Virus record (IMG/VR): IMGVR_UViG_3300006802_000112
Span: 1-56,419 of that record
Direction: 5' to 3' (one strand)
Length of the DNA stretch: 56,419 bases
From: a virus
Taxonomy: Duplodnaviria > Caudoviricetes
Positions 28,379 to 37,700 of the stretch are shown one piece after another. The notes beneath the pieces are model-generated. The model was not told the DNA's origin. It worked only from the letters and a program-made list of their open reading frames with translations, and searched no databases. Each line of letters starts with the position of its first letter. Within the stretch, counting starts at the first letter, position 1. The position numbers and the translations under genes are program-made.

Positions 28379-29122
28379 TTAGCAATCTCCTGTACGCTCT
28401 AGGGTTAGACCAGAGGGCGAAACACATGGTGGTGTTGGACAGGTTTCATTATTTGCATAATAATTTGACCCATTAAACTTTGTGCTACCATATTCTGCAC
28501 AAAATACAATTTGAGTAGGGAATTTTGTAAATGGAATAATATATTCTATAGTAGTACCTGTTTCATCTGTATATGTAAAACTACCATCAGCTGAAGAAGA
28601 TGTGGCATCTACTGTTAAAGAATATTGAAATGTCTGTGGTTCTGGTGTAGGATTTGTTGCAGGTATTATAGGACATTCTTTTTCTTCATAACCACACATT
28701 AAATCCTTTTCAGGTTCACATGGTGGTTCGTTAAAATCTCCAAAATCATTGAATATATCTTGGTATGATCTCCTATTTTTAATAATTACCTTTTGTCCAA
28801 CTTTGGTTCCATCAATATCTAAAGAAGTTATATTGAACCCATCAACTCTTTTTATCCTATAGATATTACCCTTATCATCTGTTTTCTTGTGGTGCTTAAC
28901 TACTTTATATAAAATAGAAAAGTTACCCACTTGGATAACATCTCCAACACTTAGAGACTCTCTTGTTCCAATGTAGGATATTCCTTTTTCCTTAAAAATC
29001 TTAGATGTTAATTTTGTTACACCAACCCTTACAGAGGAGACCATTTCTAAGTTATTGAAGGATTTTTGAACTCCTTGCAATCTATTAGACCTCATTATTA
29101 TTTTATCCCCCTCTTTTTCCAT
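28379..29122 (-). CDS. Hypothetical protein with Pro/Thr linker and Cys-rich C-terminal half
   Basis: ORF track 28379-29128; ATG 29122 more likely because the GTG overlaps a -7 promoter element. Confidence 0.6.
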   Translation of the reverse strand: MEKEGDKIIMRSNRLQGVQKSFNNLEMVSSVRVGVTKLTSKIFKEKGISYIGTRESLSVGDVIQVGNFSILYKVVKHHKKTDDKGNIYRIKRVDGFNITSLDIDGTKVGQKVIIKNRRSYQDIFNDFGDFNEPPCEPEKDLMCGYEEKECPIIPATNPTPEPQTFQYSLTVDATSSSADGSFTYTDETGTTIEYIIPFTKFPTQIVFCAEYGSTKFNGSNYYANNETCPTPPCVSPSGLTLERTGDC

Positions 29123-29127
29123 AGCCA

Positions 29128-29135
29128 CAAATTTA
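29128..29135 (-). promoter_or_regulatory. -7 promoter element TAAATTTG
   Basis: Matches TAnnTTTG 5 nt upstream of ATG 29122; -33 element weak. Confidence 0.5.
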
Positions 29136-29175
29136 AGTAATTATGTCTTGAATTTAAAATTGATTATTAATCATA

Positions 29176-32100
29176 CTATGATTGACATTCAACTTTATTT
29201 CTAGTTTCTTCTTCTGTTGGAGTAAGCATTTCAAAAGACGATTCTATAGCTGTAGCTACTTCGTTTTTATAATTTGTTATTGTGTTTGGTATGTTTTTTA
29301 TGGATGGAATTTCCATTTGAAAAGCTACTACAGGAGATATTGCATCTTCGGATGTTAATTCTGTTCTAACCCACTCATTTCCTTTATTATCAGTAATAGT
29401 TTCTATGTTTTCACCTCTTTCTTTTTTAAAGAAATCAATTGTTTTTTCATACCTTTTTAGTATACCTTGATAATCTTCGTCTATATCTTCTATACTAAAT
29501 TCATCGATATCTGCTATTTCTTCATACTGATCAGGTTGTTGTAATGTTTCAGGGTATACATTATATTCTGTAGTATATACAGTGTAATCATCCTCATATA
29601 ATACGTTAATACCTTGATTTTCTAAAGTTGTGGATATACCTTCAGACCATATGAAATCAAAATGATATTCTCTTATAGCATCATATATTTTATCTTTATC
29701 TAGTCTATATGTTTCTGTTTCTTCATCTATTAATTCGGCTATATCTTCCAATTCTGGGAGTAAATAATCGTAGTAGGAAGATTCTTTAAATTCATCCCAA
29801 GATTCTTTTGTAAATAAGTCCTTATCTTTTAACTCAGAATAAATTTCGCTAGAATCATTGTCAGCGTAAAAATCGGCTTCTTGGTTAACAAAATCATCTA
29901 TATTAAATTGATTAATTTTATCAGTAGGAATTGCTTCAAAATCAGTAGAGTTAGCATTAAAAACGGTGTGGTCTTCTCCTAGGTATTTTATAATATCACC
30001 ATTTTCTAATTCATCGGTATTCCTACTGCTCACTATGTCATAAGGTTGTAAATTAAATTCATCAGCTGACATATAGCCTTCAATTAACGCTAATGTTCTA
30101 GGTGTTGGTATTGCTAGTGTTTCCATACCTAATTCTGCGTTTCTTTTAATTTCCTCTCTTAATAAACGCTCTGTATAATTTTTACGGTGAGCAATGAATT
30201 GTTTATCTCTTAAACTTGCGTTGTCAAGTAGGCTATTTTTTAAGTTTGGTAAATCTTTTTTAGCGTTGAAGTATTTAGTGTATAATTGTTTATCTGGCTT
30301 AATTCCAGGTAAAATATTTTTTTCATAGTAGGAAACAGCATCTTCTAGTGAGGTAAATATTTCTCTACCTAATCTATACTCGTATGATTTTTTTTGCTTA
30401 TTAAATTTCTCTGTTATAAAGCTATAGGGCATTAGATAACCTTTGCCTTCTAGTTGATAATCTTGCACTTCTACTGGTTCTATTTTTTCACCTAAAGCTA
30501 AAGATACTAATGATTTAGCATAGCCCTCTTGTTCTTTTAATCTTCTTTGTACTTTTTCTTTTTGTTTTTCTATAGCATCAAAGCCTCTATTTTCTTTTTT
30601 TGCTTCCTCTATTGCCTTATTTAGGTTTTTTATAGCCTCTTTGTCCTCATTAATTGATTTAAATGCCTCTGATATGTCATTATAAAGGTCTTTAACTATA
30701 TACTCCTCACTACCCTCAAAGCTAGAATCAATATCATTGATTAACTTTTCTGTCTCTTTTATTTTTTTATAAATAGGCTTTTGTTTAGAATTTAAGTCCT
30801 TAGGATTATTTTCATAGTTAGTTAGAACCATGTCTACAGCCTTAGCTTTTTGATAAGAGTCCGATTGCATTTCAGCAACATAAACATCTTTTGTTCCAGC
30901 TTCTCTCCAAACTCTAGTGTGACCAAACTGCCCACTATTTATCTTTCTAGTTTTATTGTAGTTTTCAATCCAATTATTCGTCATCTCTAAAGACGGTGAC
31001 ATAAAGTATGCTTCCTCTTCTATATTCTCTGGTGTTATTCTAGAGTTTCTATCTACAACGTAGTTTATGCCAGATTCTCTATTTGTTGTAACTCTAAATT
31101 CTATACCATCTAAATTCTTTTCAAAATCTCTCTTAAAGTGCCCGTCTATTTGATGATCGAGTTTTGAGTTATAAATATTTGTACTAGAAAATCCAACATC
31201 CACTCCTACATTGTCTGAACCATAATCTGAATAGGTTGTACTTTCTATGACATCTAGTGGCATTATTCTAGCGTTCACTTCTCCTCTAAATTCATCAAAA
31301 GGTATTTGTGTTTTTCCTCTAAAGCCTTCTAAATTTAAGACCTCTCTAATTATTGCTTTTTCAATTGCTTTTGTTGTAGGTTGTTTTAAAATTTGATTAA
31401 TTGTTTGAATATTAACCATTTTACCTTTTTTCTTAGCAAACATCTCATCTAATAATGGTTGTATTGTGTATTCAGATGTTTGGAATTTAGTGCCACTTAA
31501 CATGTCAATAGCGACAGCTTCAGCAAATTGTTCTAGGGTTATATTCTCTAGCTCTTCTGCTGTGTATTGTGTGATTCCTAAAGCGTTTTTAATTGAGTTC
31601 CATAAATCAGTCAGCCATTCTCTAATAGCAGATTTTCTTTTTTTGTTGACTACTAATTCTCCCTTATCACCAATTAGTTGTGTTAAGGCTTCTTCGTATA
31701 ATCTTTCACCTTCTAAATTTGGTTGAGATTCTTTTACTTTATCTATATACTCTTGACCCTGTTCTTGTACTAACTGTATTCCTTTTCTATAAAGGTTTGG
31801 TCTATTTTCTTTGGCCCAAAAATTAAATAGGTGGCCAAACTCATGTATTTGTGTATTTAGTATTCTTGGGTTGTCTGTATTTAAATATACATCTCCATTG
31901 TATACAAATCCATTAGGGGTAATAGTTAAAGATTCGGTAGATAATGATAAATTTATTGGGTCATACACAATACCAAAGGAATCCATAACTTCTTCCTCTA
32001 GCCTATCTCCTATAAACTTATCTAAAATTGATACTGTATTTGGATCAAAAACTAGATACTGTGTAGTGGTTCCTATAGGGTAATTTTTTTCATATGTATT

Positions 32101-34692
32101 TTCTAATATTAATCCTTTTATTTGACCATTTTTCTTTTTCTCTAGTAAATCATCATATCTTTCTTGTCCTATTACTTCAATCAACTCCTGTGTTCCTATA
32201 GGTGTTGTTTTTTTCATGTCTATAGTCTCAAAACCAGATTCATCTATCTTAGCCTTAAATAAGGTAGAGCCTTTGAACATACCTGAAAAACCAGCTGCTA
32301 TAGTTTTGTTTCCAAAATAAGCCCCTGATAATAACTCTCCATATTTTATCTGATTTTTAAAATCTTTTTTCTTAAGATTTTTAGCTGGATTTTGAGTTCC
32401 ATGCCATGCTACTATTTGTTTTCTTACCTCCTCTGTTAATCCGATTTCTTCTAATTTAGCATCTATCTCTTCAGAAGTCATTGAATAAACGTTGTTTGCT
32501 AATCCTGTTTCCTCTAACTTAGATAGAACTGCGTCTGTTAAAGCTTTTGGTGTAACATTTACTCTCTCAAGTTCTTGAGTTTGAAATAAAATAGTTGTAG
32601 GAGATGTCTCTGCTTTTTCTAATCTCTCATTAAACTCTTGGAAAGACATTTTTTGAGAGTCTAAACCATTTTGATATTTGTCTAAAATAGCTTGTGCTTC
32701 ATCTTGGTTGTATTCAAAGTTCTCTATAGCTGTATTGTATACAGGTCTATTTACTTCACTTATTTTTAAATAGATGTCAGCATTTAAAGATTTTCCAACT
32801 TTTCTATATAGTATACCTTCATTATTTACAAACATATCAGATTGAGGGTTTGTAATAACATAATTCCCATCAACTACTATTTCTGATTTATATGCTTGAA
32901 TAGACTCTGGGTTATTAATAGCTTGAGAATCTTCTAGTAAATACCCTTCGCCATTATTAAACATAAATTCGTAGGAAGTTCCTTTTTTAAGCTTTAAATA
33001 ATCTTCTAACTCTTGTTGCATTTCAATACCATCAAGTGATGATATATACCCATCAATTTCAATGTCGGAGCTAGTAAATTTAAATTTAGATAAAGTTTCT
33101 CTATATATTGGTGTATCGTTTAACTTTTCATTTAATACATAATTATAGAAATCAGACACAAAATCTGTTTTAAGGTAAACCTCATCTGTTCTAATTGTAG
33201 ATAGTTTTCTATAATCTTCTTTTTGAATTGGATTGTGATCAAAAACTAATTGATACAAAGATATCTCTTCTTGAAATTCAGAGACTATTCCAGTTTCTCT
33301 AGAGTTTACAAAGTTAGTAATGCCCTTTAAAACTTCTACTTTATTATCTGGATTCTTATAGTCTTTTACAGTAATATATTGAGATGGTATAGTCATTTTA
33401 CCCTCTACTAACTGTGTGTATATATAATCATAAGCGGCTACTGTATCAGTTAGTCTTTCTACTTTATGATACATGTTTTCCTCAAGTTTTATTAAACCAT
33501 GCTCTCTATATAATTCAGCATCTGTTTTTCTAGAATTAAGGTGTACTATATTTAAGCCTTTATATTTCTCTGGGATTACTCTTGTAATTTTATTCTCTGA
33601 TGGAGTAAATATTTGATCATGTGCTCTAGCAAATTCTTGTATAGTTATTTCACTAGTATTTCTAATCATGTTCTTTAAAGGAGTTATCAAAGATAGTACT
33701 TGTTCTCTTTCATTATATAACTCTGATAGACCTACTAAATCTATATTATTTTTTGCTAATGTTTGTTCTACTTCTCTTAGCACATTTCTTATTTGTGTAG
33801 GATTGTTAAACCATTTTTCAGGGGTTATCTCCTCTAAAAAATCTAAGTCAGATTCAATATCTACAATATCAAAAGTAGCAGGTATAGTATTTAATAGTTG
33901 ATCATAGTAAGAAACATTTTCACTTGTTAATGTTTCACCAACAAAAGATAGTATAGGTAGTTTAGAAAGCTTACTAAGTCTTTCAGTCTCTTTATTTCTA
34001 AACGCCTCGTCATTATTAAATTTATCTTTATATGATTGGAAGTCTGAATTTTGAACAGCTTCTTCTATTGCTTCAGGAGTAAATATATCAGTCTTAGATA
34101 TGATGTCATTGTCAATATCAGTTCTAGATAATTGAAACGATGTACCTAAAATTGTTTTTTTACTCTCGTCAATTAATGCTACATCATCTTGAGATGGTTC
34201 AACCAAAAAGTTTTTACCCTTTTGTAAATCCCCTTCTATCTTATGTAAGAGGTATTCTATTTCAACTAAGTTAATATTTTTTAAATCTTCTTCATTGTAT
34301 ATCCCACTATCTAGTGCAGCTACGCTATCTAATTCAATAAACCCATTTGGTTTAAATATCTTATTTAATTTTGTACTTAGCTCGTTTAAATCTCTTATAT
34401 TATTAGCTTCCATTATAGAAGTTACCTCATACTTTTCTGAAGGAGATAATTCTGAATTTTCAACATCTAATATATTTACATATGCAACAACATCTTCAAC
34501 AGACATGTTATCAGATCTTCCGTTAAAAGCCTTTTTAAAATCATCTGTGTGAGTCATAGCCCAATAATCTAAGGCTAATCGATCATTTTGGAAATAAGAC
34601 AATAAATCAAGGTACAAATTTGATACTTTACCTTGATTATCTAGTGCTAAAACACCACTATCTGTTCTTACAATTTTACAAGCTACTCCCAT
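29176..34692 (-). CDS. Giant polyvalent protein (1838 aa): ART-like domain, zincin metallopeptidase, H-x-R...E-x-QSD domain
   Basis: AWHGT...GAYF...YLVFDP (32031-32409); HEFGH (31831-31845) plus EEA; GHTRVW...EMQSD (30859-30924); Cys only at residues 5 and 1836. Confidence 0.75.
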   Translation of the reverse strand: MGVACKIVRTDSGVLALDNQGKVSNLYLDLLSYFQNDRLALDYWAMTHTDDFKKAFNGRSDNMSVEDVVAYVNILDVENSELSPSEKYEVTSIMEANNIRDLNELSTKLNKIFKPNGFIELDSVAALDSGIYNEEDLKNINLVEIEYLLHKIEGDLQKGKNFLVEPSQDDVALIDESKKTILGTSFQLSRTDIDNDIISKTDIFTPEAIEEAVQNSDFQSYKDKFNNDEAFRNKETERLSKLSKLPILSFVGETLTSENVSYYDQLLNTIPATFDIVDIESDLDFLEEITPEKWFNNPTQIRNVLREVEQTLAKNNIDLVGLSELYNEREQVLSLITPLKNMIRNTSEITIQEFARAHDQIFTPSENKITRVIPEKYKGLNIVHLNSRKTDAELYREHGLIKLEENMYHKVERLTDTVAAYDYIYTQLVEGKMTIPSQYITVKDYKNPDNKVEVLKGITNFVNSRETGIVSEFQEEISLYQLVFDHNPIQKEDYRKLSTIRTDEVYLKTDFVSDFYNYVLNEKLNDTPIYRETLSKFKFTSSDIEIDGYISSLDGIEMQQELEDYLKLKKGTSYEFMFNNGEGYLLEDSQAINNPESIQAYKSEIVVDGNYVITNPQSDMFVNNEGILYRKVGKSLNADIYLKISEVNRPVYNTAIENFEYNQDEAQAILDKYQNGLDSQKMSFQEFNERLEKAETSPTTILFQTQELERVNVTPKALTDAVLSKLEETGLANNVYSMTSEEIDAKLEEIGLTEEVRKQIVAWHGTQNPAKNLKKKDFKNQIKYGELLSGAYFGNKTIAAGFSGMFKGSTLFKAKIDESGFETIDMKKTTPIGTQELIEVIGQERYDDLLEKKKNGQIKGLILENTYEKNYPIGTTTQYLVFDPNTVSILDKFIGDRLEEEVMDSFGIVYDPINLSLSTESLTITPNGFVYNGDVYLNTDNPRILNTQIHEFGHLFNFWAKENRPNLYRKGIQLVQEQGQEYIDKVKESQPNLEGERLYEEALTQLIGDKGELVVNKKRKSAIREWLTDLWNSIKNALGITQYTAEELENITLEQFAEAVAIDMLSGTKFQTSEYTIQPLLDEMFAKKKGKMVNIQTINQILKQPTTKAIEKAIIREVLNLEGFRGKTQIPFDEFRGEVNARIMPLDVIESTTYSDYGSDNVGVDVGFSSTNIYNSKLDHQIDGHFKRDFEKNLDGIEFRVTTNRESGINYVVDRNSRITPENIEEEAYFMSPSLEMTNNWIENYNKTRKINSGQFGHTRVWREAGTKDVYVAEMQSDSYQKAKAVDMVLTNYENNPKDLNSKQKPIYKKIKETEKLINDIDSSFEGSEEYIVKDLYNDISEAFKSINEDKEAIKNLNKAIEEAKKENRGFDAIEKQKEKVQRRLKEQEGYAKSLVSLALGEKIEPVEVQDYQLEGKGYLMPYSFITEKFNKQKKSYEYRLGREIFTSLEDAVSYYEKNILPGIKPDKQLYTKYFNAKKDLPNLKNSLLDNASLRDKQFIAHRKNYTERLLREEIKRNAELGMETLAIPTPRTLALIEGYMSADEFNLQPYDIVSSRNTDELENGDIIKYLGEDHTVFNANSTDFEAIPTDKINQFNIDDFVNQEADFYADNDSSEIYSELKDKDLFTKESWDEFKESSYYDYLLPELEDIAELIDEETETYRLDKDKIYDAIREYHFDFIWSEGISTTLENQGINVLYEDDYTVYTTEYNVYPETLQQPDQYEEIADIDEFSIEDIDEDYQGILKRYEKTIDFFKKERGENIETITDNKGNEWVRTELTSEDAISPVVAFQMEIPSIKNIPNTITNYKNEVATAIESSFEMLTPTEEETRNKVECQS

Positions 34693-34704
34693 TATATTTT
34701 TTTA

Positions 34705-37700
34705 TTAACACTCATTATTTTTTTCTTCATCTATCTTAGCTCTTTCCTCTGGTGATAATTTTAAGTATTTCAAGGCATCTGAATCTCGTTGAGCTTCTCC
34801 GATATTTTCACTACTTAGTATATTGTCTGGTTTTGCTAAGTTAACCTGGCTATAGTTAAGTAGTAGTTTTGGAGAATGTATTGGATTTGTTAAATCGAAA
34901 TTAACTCTCACCTCATTTTTTAGAGTTTCAATCATATCAGTATCTTTTTTAACCCAATTATCTAAATCGTAAAAATACTTCATATTTTGCAATTCTGCAA
35001 GTTTCTGATTAAAAAACTCTTGTGTATGAGTTTCTGTGTCTAGTAAAGAAAAACCTTTTCCAGATACTTTTATGTCTACTCCCTTATCTGCTAAATATCT
35101 ATTTAAAGCGAATATCTTATCATCCATGTTTGTATCAGAGTTCCATATATCTTGGAAATCCTGTGTGCTAGAAGACATTCTCTCATTTACATTAACAGGT
35201 ATTGCTATGTCATGAGTTCCTTTTCTAATCACAACAAAGGGAACTTTTTTACCACTTTTCTTTAACTTTGAAAGATAAGATAATCTAGGTGATGTTCCGT
35301 TTTTAGTTTTAACCTCATCTCCTTGGATATATCCTAAATCAATTACATTCTTAGCCTCTTCTTCTGAAATTTCTTTCTCTCTTACTACTAATCCAGTTTC
35401 TGTTTCATAGAAATTATAATTAATCCTACCTAATAATGTTTTACCAACAGTTATTGTAGGCTCACTAAATATTATGTTTCCATCTTTATCTAAAGATTCT
35501 ACCCTAACATCAATCTTACCTTCTCCTCTTAAAAACTCTTCGAATTGAGCATTGTTATCTACTATTGCGGACCTTAAAGCTTCAAATGTTAAATCGTTAT
35601 CTTTATTTTTTCTTCCATTGTTGAAGCCTTTTAAAGTACCAACGTGAGCTTTTTGAGTATTTCCTTCTGAATCTTTTACTCTAGATGTTGCTCTAATTAA
35701 TATTTTCTTTTTTATTTTATCTTTAACTTCAGCTTTTTGTTCTTCAGTTTCAGCAGAATTATATTCGTCTATTAACTCTCTATTATATGGGTCATTAGGG
35801 TCTATTTCTAATGTTATCTCTGCTCCTTGTTCTAAATCATATATAGCTGTTATATCATGACCTTCTGAATTATTAAACTCTTCAGAGAATTGACTCTTTA
35901 ATGGATATAGTCTATTTGGGTCACCTTCCTTTGCTGAAGGTAGCATTTCTAGGACTATACTAAATGTTCCCCCATCAGGGAGTATTCTTAAATTTGATTC
36001 TTTATTAATTCTGTTTATAGTCCCTAAAGAAAGTATAATATTACCTTTTTCATCATATGAAATAGTTGATGGATCTATTCTAAATCCAATCATTTCTTGT
36101 AACTGTTCCAAATTAATGTTATGTAATTTTACACCATCCTTTGTTCCAGATGCAACTACTACATCATATGTTAATGAGTATTCATAATTTGCATTAGTAT
36201 TACTCTCTGGGAAATACTCTTCTTGTACTTCTGTGTCATTTTTTTCAACTGTAGATACGTCACCCTCTTTAGCTACTTCTATTTCTTCAAGTAAAGCTTT
36301 TTCTCTGACTAAATCACTTAATCTAAATCCTTGATAAATAGCACCTGTAAAAAGTAACCATTGGTCTATCTCTCTTTCTAATGCTTCAAATTCTAACTTT
36401 TCTTGATTGGTTAGATTTCTATTTTCTTTTTCTTTAGCTAATTCTAGGTATCTTAAATAGTCCTCTGATTGAGTTATTTTAAATGGTTTCTTTAGAGCTT
36501 CTATTTCTTCTTCGATAATTTTTATATCTTCATCAAGTCTAGCTAACTCTTCTTCTCTAGCTTCTTTTGTATTATCTTCTTCTAAGGCTTTTTCTAAATT
36601 GGCTATATCATTCTTTATGTCTTCGACCATTTCTTCATTACCTACTCCCTCTCTAACTCTTCTTTCTTCTTCAGCTAAATCCTGTTTTAATGTTTCTAAA
36701 AGTAATTCTTCTGTTGTTACTTTTTCTGTTTTGGCTCTTTCTTTTAATTTTTCTAACGCCTCTTTTCTTTCGTTTAATTGTTCTATTCTTTCAGCGTTAA
36801 TGTCTTCTCTAGCCATTACATTATCTATAGCTTCTGTCATTTTATCTATAGCTTCATTGATTTTGTCTAAAGATGTTAAATCTTCTAATTTTAAATCTAA
36901 AGCTTGTTTTAGAACTATAGTATCTCCATCTAAAGGTGTTCTTTTTTCTGATGACTTTTCAGCTGAAGTTTTTATTACTTCGTTTTGTTCTATTATTGCC
37001 TTGGCTACAGCTGTCGCTTCTGCTTGAGCGATAAGTAACCTAAACATAGATTCAATCTTGTATTTTTGTCTTTCAGGTATTTCTTTATTTTCCTCTAATA
37101 CCTCCTTGAATACTTCTTCTGTTTTTTGGTCGATAAGCTCATTTCTTTTTAGCCCAACTCTTTTTAAAGAATTATCTATTGTATCGTTATTTTCTCTGAC
37201 TATTTTTTTAAACTCTTCAGACATTTTATACTTCTTACCAACCATTTTCTCTAAGAATGTTCTACCATCTTTACTAGAAAAATAATCTGTCTCATATAAA
37301 TCCCTTAACATTAAGTCGGTATTTCTATGGTGATTGGCTAATGTTTTAAATTGAGTAATAAGGTAATCTAAAGATTCCGCTTCAAACTTGTTTCCTGATT
37401 TTTCTAAATCTTCAGCATATTTATCTAGTTTTGAAAGTTCTTCAATGGCTGTAGCCATATCCATTTCCTCAAGAGATAAAGATTTTAATTTTTCATTAAA
37501 TGAGAAATTTGATTTCTTAAATTCGCTATTAAGAACCTCATCTAAATTATCAATCTCTCTTTGTAGTTGTGCTGTTTGTTGATTTACTAATACTAATTTT
37601 TCAGAATAATCTTTTACTTTTTTATCTAAAGTCTCTGTTTTTAAATCTCTTTTTAATCTACTAGGTCTTTGATTAGTTGTTAACCAAGATCCATATTCTC

